Assembly (NCBI GenBank): GCA_965216685.1
Contig: OZ244195.1
Coordinates: 87,780 to 151,779, forward strand
DNA from: Acidimicrobiales bacterium
GTDB taxonomy: Bacteria > Actinomycetota > Acidimicrobiia > Acidimicrobiales > SZUA-35
Direction: 5' to 3'
DNA: 64,000 nt
Position numbers and translations under genes: made by a program. The notes beneath the pieces are model-generated. The model saw only the letters and a program-made list of their open reading frames with translations, was not told where the DNA came from and searched no databases. Of the stretch, positions 1-8,822 are shown one piece after another; the stretch's first letter is position 1; every line of letters starts with the position of its first letter.

Positions 1-753
1 CGCAACTACCAGCTGGTGGCCGACTACCTGGCCGAAGAGGTCGGGGTCGATGTGCGCTTCGAACCGGTGACCGAGTACGAGGCGGCGGTGACGGCGTTCC
101 GGGTCGGCGATCTCGATCTGGTGTGGTTCGGTGGTCTCACCGGTGTCCAGGCCCGGCTTCAGGTCGACGGAGCCGATGCCATCGTCCAACGGGACATCGA
201 CGAAACCTTCACCTCGGTGTTCGTGGCCGGGACCGACACCGACATCGAGCCGTTCGACGACGTGTCCGGTTTGAGCACCGTGGCCGGCCACACCCTCACC
301 TTCGGCTCCGAATCCAGCACCTCGGGTCGCCTGATGCCGCAGTCATTCATGAACGAGGCCGGGGTCGGTCTCGACGATCTGGACGGCGAACCGGGATTCA
401 GCGGCTCGCACGACGCCACCATCGAGTTGGTTGAGGCCGGCACCTTCGAGGTCGGGGCCCTCAACTCCCAGGTGTGGGATGCTCGGGTCGAGGCCGGCGA
501 GGTCGACCTCGACAAGGTCCAGGTCGTGTTCGAGACCCCGACCTACTACGACTATCACTGGGTGGTGCGACCGGAGTTGGGCGACGACTTGACCGCCCAG
601 GTGGTCGATGCCTTCACCTCCCTCGACCCGGACGACCCCGACGAAGCCGCCATCCTGGAGTTCTTCGGCGCCGGTTCGTTCATCGAGACCAGCAATGAGA
701 ACTACGCCAGCATCGAACAGGTCGGACGCGACATCGGAAGCATCGAGGGGTAA
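1..753 (+). CDS. phnD: Phosphonate/phosphite ABC transporter substrate-binding protein (PhnD family), 5' end cut by the window edge
   Basis: The reading frame is open from nt 1 (track ORF 16..753). It has PhnD-like motifs (DLVWFGGLTGVQA, GSESSTSGRLMP) and is followed by phnC and phnE. Confidence 0.8.
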   Translation, partial: RNYQLVADYLAEEVGVDVRFEPVTEYEAAVTAFRVGDLDLVWFGGLTGVQARLQVDGADAIVQRDIDETFTSVFVAGTDTDIEPFDDVSGLSTVAGHTLTFGSESSTSGRLMPQSFMNEAGVGLDDLDGEPGFSGSHDATIELVEAGTFEVGALNSQVWDARVEAGEVDLDKVQVVFETPTYYDYHWVVRPELGDDLTAQVVDAFTSLDPDDPDEAAILEFFGAGSFIETSNENYASIEQVGRDIGSIEG

Positions 754-783
754 CGGAGAGTCCAGGAGGGTCGACGAACAGCC

Positions 784-1593
784 ATGGATGGGTCCGTGCC
801 GGCCTCTGAAGCGGAGTCGACGGCCAGTGTCGACCTCGCCGCGGTCACCGTCCGCTACCCGGGGGCCGACCAGTTGGCGGTGGCCGACCTGTCGCTGCAG
901 GTTCGGCCCGGCGAACTGGTGGCTCTGGTCGGCCCGTCGGGCGCCGGCAAATCAACGGTGCTGTCACTGGCCGCCGGACTCACCCTTCCCACCTCGGGCC
1001 GGGTCGAGGTGCTGGGCGTCGACAGCGCCATCCTCGGACGGCGGGCCCATCGCCCGGCCCGCCGCCGGGTCGGCATCATCAGCCAGGACTTCGGCCTGGT
1101 AGGACCGTTGCGGGTGGCCAGCAACGTGGCCGCCGGGCGGGTCGGGCGCTGGTCGTGGCCCCGGGCCGCCCGCTCCCTGATCCGACCGGGTCCAGTGGAC
1201 GAGATCGTGGTCGCCCTGGACACGGTCGGCATCGCCGAGAAGCTGTGGGACCGAGCCGATCAACTCTCGGGAGGACAGCAGCAGCGTACGGCCATAGCCC
1301 GGGCACTGTTCCAGCAACCCGACCTGCTCCTGGCCGACGAACCGGTGAGTGCGCTCGACCCGTCCCGCTCCGATGCGGTCATGGCCGCGCTGGCCGCCAT
1401 GATCACAGCCGACGACGACCGGGCCATGATCGCCAGCATGCACAACGCCCCACTGGCCCTACGGCACTGCCACCGCATCGTTGCCCTCCGGGAAGGTCGA
1501 CTGCACTTCGATCTCCCAGCCGATCAGGTCGACGAGGATCGGCTGAGCGAGCTGTACCAGATCGGGCAGTCCGGCCGCCATCAGCCGGTGTGA
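784..1593 (+). CDS. phnC: Phosphonate ABC transporter ATP-binding protein
   Basis: 269-aa ORF with Walker A GPSGAGKST, ABC signature LSGGQQQR and Walker B LLLADEP. It sits between phnD and phnE. Confidence 0.85.
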   Translation: MDGSVPASEAESTASVDLAAVTVRYPGADQLAVADLSLQVRPGELVALVGPSGAGKSTVLSLAAGLTLPTSGRVEVLGVDSAILGRRAHRPARRRVGIISQDFGLVGPLRVASNVAAGRVGRWSWPRAARSLIRPGPVDEIVVALDTVGIAEKLWDRADQLSGGQQQRTAIARALFQQPDLLLADEPVSALDPSRSDAVMAALAAMITADDDRAMIASMHNAPLALRHCHRIVALREGRLHFDLPADQVDEDRLSELYQIGQSGRHQPV

Positions 1594-3263
1594 CCGCCAC
1601 CCTCGACCACCGCCCGATTGCCGTCGAGGCCAAGCCGGCGGACCGGATCCGGCGAGCCTGGGCCCTGGCCGTGGGCGCCCTGGTGGCCTGGTCGATCGTC
1701 AAGGCCGGCGTCGATCCGGGCCAACTGGTCAACGAACGGGGTTGGTCACAACTCGTTGCCTTCTTCTCGGCCATGCTCTCCCCCGATCTGAGCACCGCCA
1801 TGCTCGAACTCACCGTGCGAGAGTCGGCGGTGACGGTTGGCTACGCCCTGTTGGGCACGGCTTTGGCCGTGATCATCGGCGTGGCCTTCGGTCCACTCCT
1901 GACCGAACGGCTGTGGAGCCCACTGCACGGCCGGATGGGTCGGGGCCGTGTCGGCTGGGCTGTCGGTCGGGTCCTGCTGGTGGTTCCCCGGTCGATGCAC
2001 GAGGTGGTGTTCGGGCTCTTCCTGGTCAACATCTTGGGCCTCAACCCTCTGGTGGCGGTTCTGGCCATCGGTATTCCCTTCGGGGCGGTCACGGCCAAGG
2101 TCTTCGCCGAACTGCTCGACGAAGTTCCCCGTGACGCCGAACTGGCCATGCGGGCGGCGGGAGCGGGGCGGATCACCGCCTTGACCTTCGCCACCGTGCC
2201 CCAGGCCCTGACCGATCTGTTGTCCTACACCTTCTACCGCTTCGAGTGCAGCCTGCGCAGCGCCGCCGTGCTGGGCATCGTCGGAGCGGGCGGCCTGGGC
2301 TTCCAGCTCGCCTTGTCGTTCCAGTCGTTGCGCTACAACGAGATGTGGACGCTGCTGTGGGCCCTGATCCTGCTGTCGGGACTGGCCGATCGCTGGTCGT
2401 CGGCTGTTCGGCGGCGGCGCAACGCCATCGCCGCCGAGACCCACGTTCGTACAACGGCAGCCGACGGTCCGGATGGCGATCGACTGCTCCGGCTCAGCGC
2501 CGTCGCCCTGGCCGCTTCGTTGCCCATCGCCTACTGGCGGCTGGGGATCGACATCGGTTCGCTGTGGGACGACCGGGCCCGGCTGCTGATTGGAGAGCTT
2601 GTCTCCGATGGCTGGCCCCCGGAGATCGGCACCGGCGGTCTACGGGGCCTGATCGACGATTCGCTCGACACCATCGCCCTGGCCGTGCTGTCGCTGGCCA
2701 TGGCCTTTGTCGTCGCCTCTCCCCTGGCCTTCCTGGCCCAGCGGCCCAGCGGTCAGGCAAGCGGTCCGGGGGCCGTGGTTCGAAGCGTGGTCTCGGCCGC
2801 CATCCGGTTCGTTCTCCTCATCGGACGTTCCGTGCCGCCACCGGTGTGGGCCTTCGTGGTGGTGTTCGTGCTCTTCCCCGGGCTGTGGCCCGGGGCGGTG
2901 GCCCTGGCCGTCTACAACACCGGTGTTCTCGGTCGTCTCCAGGGTGAGGTGGTGGAGAACATGGACCAGCGGCCCGCTGACCAGCTGGCCGCCAGCGGAG
3001 CGACCGCACCGGTAGCCTGGACGGTGGCCACCGTTCCGGCCGTGGCCGGCCGGTTCGTGGCCCTCGGGTTGTACCGCTGGGAGGTGGCCATCCGGGAGAC
3101 GGTGATCGTGGGCGTGGTGGGGGCGGCCGGCCTTGGGCGCCGGCTTGATCAACAAACCGCAGCCTTCAACTACGACGGGATCGTGGCCACCGTGGTTGCC
3201 CTGTTCATGGTGACCGTGGCCGTCGACCTGGCCTCGGCCTCCATCCGCCGCTCCATCCGGTAG
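1590..3263 (+). CDS. phnE: Phosphonate ABC transporter permease, fused two-domain PhnE
   Basis: Track ORF 1155..3263 is trimmed to GTG 1590, which overlaps the phnC stop (GTGA). The protein is polytopic with two repeated permease halves. The 1155-1589 extension overlaps phnC and is Arg/Pro-rich junk. Confidence 0.8.
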   Translation: MTATLDHRPIAVEAKPADRIRRAWALAVGALVAWSIVKAGVDPGQLVNERGWSQLVAFFSAMLSPDLSTAMLELTVRESAVTVGYALLGTALAVIIGVAFGPLLTERLWSPLHGRMGRGRVGWAVGRVLLVVPRSMHEVVFGLFLVNILGLNPLVAVLAIGIPFGAVTAKVFAELLDEVPRDAELAMRAAGAGRITALTFATVPQALTDLLSYTFYRFECSLRSAAVLGIVGAGGLGFQLALSFQSLRYNEMWTLLWALILLSGLADRWSSAVRRRRNAIAAETHVRTTAADGPDGDRLLRLSAVALAASLPIAYWRLGIDIGSLWDDRARLLIGELVSDGWPPEIGTGGLRGLIDDSLDTIALAVLSLAMAFVVASPLAFLAQRPSGQASGPGAVVRSVVSAAIRFVLLIGRSVPPPVWAFVVVFVLFPGLWPGAVALAVYNTGVLGRLQGEVVENMDQRPADQLAASGATAPVAWTVATVPAVAGRFVALGLYRWEVAIRETVIVGVVGAAGLGRRLDQQTAAFNYDGIVATVVALFMVTVAVDLASASIRRSIR

Positions 3264-3271
3264 AGGGTTGA

Positions 3272-4327
3272 TCAGCGACCTTCGACCACGGCGACAAGCG
3301 CCGCCTGCTCGTTCGCCGGTTCGGTGATGGGAACCAGCTGGTTGGTCCGCCGCTGCAACTCGTCCAGCAGTGCCGGATCGGATTCGAGGGCCGTCAACAG
3401 CCGGGCCATGGCCTCGTCATCGCCCACCGGAACGAGGCCGGGGTGGTCGTCGCCCAACAGCCCGGTGTTGCCCTCGATACGGGTTCCGACGACCGGCAGG
3501 CCTATGGCGATGGCTTCGGTCACCACGTTGGCCCCACCCTCGGCCCGGGACGTGCAGGCCAGCAGGTGGCCTGATGCCAGCAGCTCCAGCGCGCTGATCC
3601 GGTGGAGTTCGCCGTGCCATCGGTACCGGGGGTTGACCCGCTGCTCCCCGTCGGCCGCCTCGGCCCAGGCCGGGTCGAGGGCTCGACCGGCGTGATGCAC
3701 GCTGACCCTGCTGTCCGGACTCATCCGGCGAGCGGCCCGGGCGGTCAGCAACGGGTCCTTGATGTCCCGCAGGTGGGCCAGCACCACCACCCGCAGCTCA
3801 CCGGCAGCCGGGCGCCGGGTGGGGCGGGGCCGGGCCACCGACTGGTGGATGACCGTCGTCTTGGCCCCCCAGCCCGGTCGAAACCGCTCCACCCGGGCCA
3901 GGGCCGCCCGCTGGAGCACGATCAGCCCGTCGGCCGCCTCGGTTGACGCCATGGCCGCGGCGTTGCCGGGCATGTCCTGGTAGAGGTCGGTGCCGCTCAA
4001 GCCGACGATCAGGCGGCGGTCGGGGTGGTGGCGACGCCACCAGCCCACCACCGGAGCCGAGCGACGGGCGTGGAGAGCAACCAGAACATCGGCTGACCGC
4101 AACCGGGTGGCGTGGTAGTCGCCGATCTCGTCGGACTGTTCGTCGATGGCGAGGAGGGCCACCTCGTGGTCGGCCGCCTGCAGCAGAGCGGCCCATCGGT
4201 TGGCGGTGACGTCGTTGCCCGAACCGGCTGTGGGCCGGATGGGGGCGGCGATGACCACCGAGCGGTTCCGGTTCACGGGTTGGATCGTGGGGTCACCGGG
4301 CGCAGGTTCGGAATCCGGCGTAGACAT
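3272..4327 (-). CDS. senB: GT-B fold glycosyltransferase, candidate selenosugar synthase SenB
   Basis: Track ORF 3272..4423 is trimmed to ATG 4327; GTG 4276 is an alternative start. It has a GT-B-like N-terminus (VVIAAPIRPTAGSGNDVTANRW) and a C-terminal EGGANVVTEAIAIGLPVV motif. It lies immediately downstream of, and overlaps, the EgtB-like gene, and selD is adjacent. Confidence 0.65.
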   Translation of the reverse strand: MSTPDSEPAPGDPTIQPVNRNRSVVIAAPIRPTAGSGNDVTANRWAALLQAADHEVALLAIDEQSDEIGDYHATRLRSADVLVALHARRSAPVVGWWRRHHPDRRLIVGLSGTDLYQDMPGNAAAMASTEAADGLIVLQRAALARVERFRPGWGAKTTVIHQSVARPRPTRRPAAGELRVVVLAHLRDIKDPLLTARAARRMSPDSRVSVHHAGRALDPAWAEAADGEQRVNPRYRWHGELHRISALELLASGHLLACTSRAEGGANVVTEAIAIGLPVVGTRIEGNTGLLGDDHPGLVPVGDDEAMARLLTALESDPALLDELQRRTNQLVPITEPANEQAALVAVVEGR

Positions 4328-5591
4328 CGCGCCGGTCGGGGGTGAAGTAGTTCCGGTAGGTCGAGCGGACGTAGCGGTGGCGGGTGGCCCACGAGCCACC
4401 CCGCAGGACCTTGCGGGTACCAAACCACGGTTCGGAGTTGTCGCGGTAGGCGTCCGGTTCGAAGTGGGGGTACGGGCCGAAGGTGGAACTGGTCCACTCC
4501 CACACGTTGCCGATCAGCTGACGGTGGCCCCAGGGGCCGTCACCGGCCCCGAAGGCCCCGACCGGAACGGTGTGACCGGTTCGAGCGTCGAGCGCCGCCT
4601 CCGACGGCTGGGGGTCGCGGCCGCCCCAGGGGAACCACGGCAGGCGTTCACCGGTCGGGGTGGTGGTGGCCGCCGCCTCCCATTCAGCCTCGGTGGGCAG
4701 CCGGCGACCGGCCCAAATGCAGTAGGCCTCGGCTTCCCACCAGTTGACGTGGATCATGGGATGGTCGTCGGTGTTGCTGATCGGCCCCCAGACCGAGCCG
4801 ATTCGCCGCTCCCAACCGTCGGCCCCTCGACGCCAGTAGGCTGGTTGGCCGGATTCGGATTCCCGTCGCCAGGCCAGACCGTCCGGTGACCACAGTCGGT
4901 CGTCGTCGTAGCCGCCGTCGTCGACGAACTCGGCGAATTGGCCGATGGTGACCGGGGTGACGGCCATGTCGAAGCGGTCGATCTCGACCGGGTGGGCCCA
5001 CTTCTCGTTGTCCATCACGAACGGTTGGCGACGGGACGCCCCCAACACCACCCGACCTCCGCCGACCGAGCGGTCGCCCGATATCGGTTCACCCATCACC
5101 GGCGCAGAGGCCGAACGGCCCGGGAGGCGGCCCCAGTCGAGAGTCTGCCGGGTGTAGGTCAGGGCCTCGCAGTGGGCGTCGTGGTGCATGACGGCGTAGG
5201 CCACGTAGTAGGCGGTGGAGTCGAGACCTCTATCATCGCCCAGCACCTCGACCAGACCGTCGGCCACCCGGCGCACGTAGTCGATGGTGGTGGCCGAATC
5301 GGGGTAGTCGATCTGCCAGCGGGTCTTGTGGGCCACCAGAGCCGAGTCGTACCGTTCGTCGACGTGGTCCAGCAGCGGTTGGCGGCCGTGCAACTGGCGG
5401 AGCACGAACCACTCGGCGAACCAGCCGACGTGGGCCAGCTCCCAGATCGGCGGGTTCACGATGGGAAGGTAGGGGCCCATCCAGCGGGGATCGTCGCGCT
5501 GGAAGTCGGCCACCGAACCGATCAGGTGATCTGTGGCGTCGCCCACCCAGTCGGCCAGATCATCGTGGTCAACCCAGGTGGACAATGACAT
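4293..5591 (-). CDS. senA: EgtB-like DinB + FGE-sulfatase domain C-S/C-Se bond-forming enzyme, candidate selenoneine synthase SenA
   Basis: 432-aa ORF starting at ATG 5591. The N-terminus is DinB-like (WELAHVGWFAEWF) and the C-terminus is an FGE-sulfatase domain (LRGGSWATRHRYVRSTYRNY). The context with selD and a glycosyltransferase favours SenA over EgtB. Confidence 0.7.
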   Translation of the reverse strand: MSLSTWVDHDDLADWVGDATDHLIGSVADFQRDDPRWMGPYLPIVNPPIWELAHVGWFAEWFVLRQLHGRQPLLDHVDERYDSALVAHKTRWQIDYPDSATTIDYVRRVADGLVEVLGDDRGLDSTAYYVAYAVMHHDAHCEALTYTRQTLDWGRLPGRSASAPVMGEPISGDRSVGGGRVVLGASRRQPFVMDNEKWAHPVEIDRFDMAVTPVTIGQFAEFVDDGGYDDDRLWSPDGLAWRRESESGQPAYWRRGADGWERRIGSVWGPISNTDDHPMIHVNWWEAEAYCIWAGRRLPTEAEWEAAATTTPTGERLPWFPWGGRDPQPSEAALDARTGHTVPVGAFGAGDGPWGHRQLIGNVWEWTSSTFGPYPHFEPDAYRDNSEPWFGTRKVLRGGSWATRHRYVRSTYRNYFTPDRRDVYAGFRTCAR

Positions 5592-5632
5592 GACAAAACC
5601 GTAGCAGTGGTCGTCTCGGTAGTCTGAAAGCT

Positions 5633-6673
5633 GTGACCAACGAACGGCCCAACCGCCTGACCCAATTCAGCCACGGCGCCGGTTGAGGCTGCAAGCTCGC
5701 TCCGGGCGAGCTGGCGCACGTGGTGCGCGATCTGCAGGCCGACACCCCTCCCGAGTTGCTGGTGGGAACCGCCACCGGCGATGACGCCGCGGTCTGGAAG
5801 CTGGACGACGACCGGGCCATCATCTCCACCGCCGACTTCATCACCCCGGTGGTCGACGACGCCCGCACCTGGGGCCGGGTGGCCGCCGCCAACAGCGTCT
5901 CCGACGTCTACGCCATGGGTGGTCGACCTCTGTTCGCCCTCAACCTGGTGGGCTGGAACACCGATGCCCTCCCCACCTCTTTGCTGGGCGAACTCCTGGC
6001 CGGCGGTCAAGACATCGCCCGGGCCGGGGGGTTCGCCATCGTCGGTGGCCACACCATCGATGACCCCGAGCCGAAGTACGGGATGTCGGTCACCGGTGAG
6101 GTTCACCCCGACCGGATCCTGACCAACGCCGGCCTGACCGCGGGCCAGGACCTGATCCTGACCAAGCCGTTGGGAGTGGGGGTCATCACCACGGCCATCA
6201 AGGCCGATACCGCTCCGGCCGAGGTGGCTGAGGCTGCCATTGCCTCGATGACGATGTTGAACGACGTGGCCTCCCGGGTGGCACTGACGGCCGGAGCCAC
6301 CGGTTGTACCGACGTGACCGGCTTCGGGTTGCTGGGTCACCTCGGTCGTATGGCCGTCGAGTCCGGGGTTCGGGTCACTGTTGAGTTCGAAGCCATTCCC
6401 ATGCTGCCCGGAGCCATTGATCTGGCCGCTCAGGGGATGATGCCCGGCGGCAGCCGACGCAACCTGGCCTGGGGGGGCGAACTGCTCGATCCCGGGTCCC
6501 ACGATGAACTCCACCAGTTGATGATCGCCGATGCCCAGACGTCGGGTGGGCTGGTGTTCGGCGTCGAGCCCGGCCAGACCGGGTCGGTGCTGTCCCAGCT
6601 GGCCGACAGCGGCCACCGGGCGGCCCACATCGGGTCGACGACGGCCGGCACCCCCGGCTTTCGTCTCACCTGA
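5633..6673 (+). CDS. selD: Selenide, water dikinase (selenophosphate synthetase SelD/SenC) with an in-frame UGA selenocysteine
   Basis: Track ORF 5720..6673 continues upstream in the same frame through TGA 5684-5686. From GTG 5633 it reads MTNERPNRLTQFSHGAG-U-GCKLAPGEL. This aligns with the E. coli SelD N-terminus (LTQYSHGAGCGCK), placing TGA at the catalytic Cys17 position. A GAAAG Shine-Dalgarno-like sequence sits 3 nt upstream of the GTG. The AIR-synthase-like body includes DDAAVW and GGHTIDD. Confidence 0.88.
5684..5686 (+). other. UGA selenocysteine recoding codon in selD
   Basis: ggt TGA ggc tgc aag lies in frame with both the upstream GTG 5633 and the downstream SelD body. Confidence 0.85.
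5687..5740 (+). promoter_or_regulatory. Candidate SECIS region (stem-loops directly 3' of the UGA)
   Basis: Hairpin 1 is AGCTCGC-TCCGG-GCGAGCT (5694-5712). Hairpin 2 is GCGCAC-GTG-GTGCGC (5714-5728). A possible closing helix pairs GGCTGCA (5687-5693) with TGCAGGCC (5733-5740) with one bulge. I did not compute a folding energy. Confidence 0.55.
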
Positions 6674-6991
6674 TCGGTCCTGGGGTGTCGGCCGTCCCGT
6701 CCGCCTTCCACCGGCCCGGCCAGGATGCGCTTTGGCGGCTCAGCGACCCCCCAGATGGGTCTGTGAACCGCCAAAGCGTCTTCTACCGGGTCGTCGAGCA
6801 GCCAAACTGTGGGGCAGGGATGTCACCCAACCACCATGGCGTCGCCCACCCGGGCAGGCACCATCCTACGGAGTCGTTCATCTCAGACCGGTCGACCACC
6901 ATTAGTAAAGGATGCGACTATTAGGCTATGGTGGTCGTCGGTCGAGAGTCGGCCGGTCGACAAGCGAGACAGCCCGCCGGAGGTAGCAGCC

Positions 6992-7435
6992 ATGCGACGA
7001 ATTCTGTACCGACTTGGAGTGGCCGTGGTCATCATGACCGTGCTGACGCTCCCCTCCCCCGTGTCGGCCGATGATGCCGGCCGCCCGCTGGCCGTCGATC
7101 TGTCGTCGGCCAACGAGGTGCCGCCGAGCGGCACGACAGGATCAGGCTCGGCTGATGTCACCCTCAACCAGGGTCAGGGCCGGGTTTGCATCGATCTGAC
7201 CGCCCAGGGCCTGGCTGGAACCGTACTGGCCGGCCACATCCATTCCGGGCCGGCCGGGGTCAACGGAGGCGTGGTGGTCAATCTCGGCGTGAACAGCGCC
7301 GACTTCCAGGCCTGCATCGACGGTGTCGACAAGGACCTGATCAAGGATCTTCGCCAGAATCCGCAGAACTACTACGTGAACATCCACACCTCGGCCGTTC
7401 CGTCAGGCGAGATCCGGGGCCAACTGTCGAAGTAG
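6992..7435 (+). CDS. Secreted CHRD domain-containing protein
   Basis: Track ORF 6809..7435 is trimmed to ATG 6992, which is preceded by GGAGG. It has a signal-like N-terminus (MRRILYRLGVAVVIMTVLTL). CHRD hallmarks are present (NEVPP, AGHIHSGPAGVNGGVV, YYVNIHT, GEIRGQL). Confidence 0.8.
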   Translation: MRRILYRLGVAVVIMTVLTLPSPVSADDAGRPLAVDLSSANEVPPSGTTGSGSADVTLNQGQGRVCIDLTAQGLAGTVLAGHIHSGPAGVNGGVVVNLGVNSADFQACIDGVDKDLIKDLRQNPQNYYVNIHTSAVPSGEIRGQLSK

Positions 7436-7475
7436 ACAACCGGGGAAACTTCACGCCCGAGTAGGGTGGCTCGAC

Positions 7476-8738
7476 ATGATTGAGCCGTCCGACCACTCTG
7501 TCGACACCGAATTCGACCTGGTGACCAAGGGAGGGCATCCCGACTTTCTCGACCTGCCGTGGGGTGAACCGCTGGAGCGCTGGGATCACCCCCGGCTGGT
7601 CAAGATGGCCCACGGCATCAGCCGCCACATCGTGCGCTTCGTCCGTTACGACGACCGGGTCTATGCCCTCAAGGAGACCGAGCCGGAGGTGGCCCGGTCG
7701 GAGTTCGACATTCTGCGCCGGATGCGTGACCACCATCTGCCCACGGTCGAAGCCATTGGGGTGGTGACCGGCCTCGGTCCCGACGGTCGGGCCATGCTGA
7801 TCACCCGCTACCTCGACTTCTCGCTCCCCTACTGGTACATCATCGGCCGCAACGAGTACGGGCTGGCCGACAACCTGATGAACGCCGGCGTCGTTCTCCT
7901 GGTCCGTCTCCATCTCGACGGCATCTTCTGGGGCGACTGCTCACTGTCCAACATCTTGTTCCGGCGTGACGCCGGAGCGATGATGGCCTACCTGGTCGAC
8001 GCCGAGACGTCGGATTGGCAGACCACGATCAGCGACGAACTCCGTCGTTACGATCTGCAGATCGCCCAGGAGAACATGGCGGGCGGCATCCTGGATCTGC
8101 AGGCCCAGGGCCGGGTGGACGAGGACGTCGATCCGTTCGCCATGGCCGACGAACTCCGTGCCCGTTACGACGAGCTGTGGGATGAACTGACTCACACCGA
8201 TGAGATTCCCTTCGCTGAACGGTGGCGAATCGATCGTCGGGTTCGACGCATCAACGATCTCGGCTTCGACGTCGAGGAACTCTCCATCAGCCGGGACGGC
8301 ACCAGGTTGACGGTGAAGCCGACACTCATCGAGGAAGGCCACCATTCCCGGGCCCTTCGCCAACGGACCGGTCTCGATGTCCAGGAGAATCAGGCCCGCC
8401 GGCTGCTGGCCGACATCGCCGGCTACCAGGCATGGCTCGAACTGCAGTCGACGAAACCGGTGCCGGCTGCGGTGGCGGCGGCCAAGTGGCTGGCTGACGT
8501 GTACGAGCCGGTGGTGGAGTCGGTGCCGGATGAGTTGGCCCAGCGGCTGGAACAACCGGAGATCTTTCACCAGGTCCTCGAGCACCGCTACTACCTGGCC
8601 GAGCGCCGAGGCCGGGAGGTCTCCAACCAGGAGGCCTTGACCGACTACCTCGAGTCGATCCTGGTCGAGCGCCCCACCGAACGCCAGCTCCTGGTTGGTG
8701 ACCCCCAAGTGCCGTCGCCCCCGGAAGATGTCGAGTAG
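7476..8738 (+). CDS. DUF4032 domain protein with an N-terminal lipopolysaccharide-kinase-like fold
   Basis: 420-aa ORF. The N-terminus (DLPWGEPLERW...GISRHIVRFVRYDDRVYALKET) is typical of the actinobacterial DUF4032 family. Confidence 0.7.
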   Translation: MIEPSDHSVDTEFDLVTKGGHPDFLDLPWGEPLERWDHPRLVKMAHGISRHIVRFVRYDDRVYALKETEPEVARSEFDILRRMRDHHLPTVEAIGVVTGLGPDGRAMLITRYLDFSLPYWYIIGRNEYGLADNLMNAGVVLLVRLHLDGIFWGDCSLSNILFRRDAGAMMAYLVDAETSDWQTTISDELRRYDLQIAQENMAGGILDLQAQGRVDEDVDPFAMADELRARYDELWDELTHTDEIPFAERWRIDRRVRRINDLGFDVEELSISRDGTRLTVKPTLIEEGHHSRALRQRTGLDVQENQARRLLADIAGYQAWLELQSTKPVPAAVAAAKWLADVYEPVVESVPDELAQRLEQPEIFHQVLEHRYYLAERRGREVSNQEALTDYLESILVERPTERQLLVGDPQVPSPPEDVE

Positions 8739-8822
8739 GAGACTCGTGCCTGGCCCGGAGTTCGCCGCCAGGCCAAGTCGTCCCGTACCATGGACCCGTT
8801 CAACCAAGGGGGAGGTTCCGAC

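Noticed and set aside
1155-1589. N-terminal 145-aa extension of the phnE ORF
   Set aside because: It overlaps phnC in another frame and is Arg/Pro/Gly-rich nonsense. GTG 1590 gives a GTGA-coupled start with a sensible permease N-terminus.
5522-6628. 368-aa minus-strand ORF covering the selD locus
   Set aside because: It is antisense to a strongly supported SelD gene. The protein is Gly/Arg/Pro/His-rich with low complexity and no motifs, which is typical of shadow ORFs in high-GC DNA.
6728-6778. Inverted repeat CGCTTTGGCGG...CCGCCAAAGCG about 55 nt downstream of selD
   Set aside because: The loop is about 29 nt and no U-tract follows, so it is not convincing as an intrinsic terminator. I left it unannotated.
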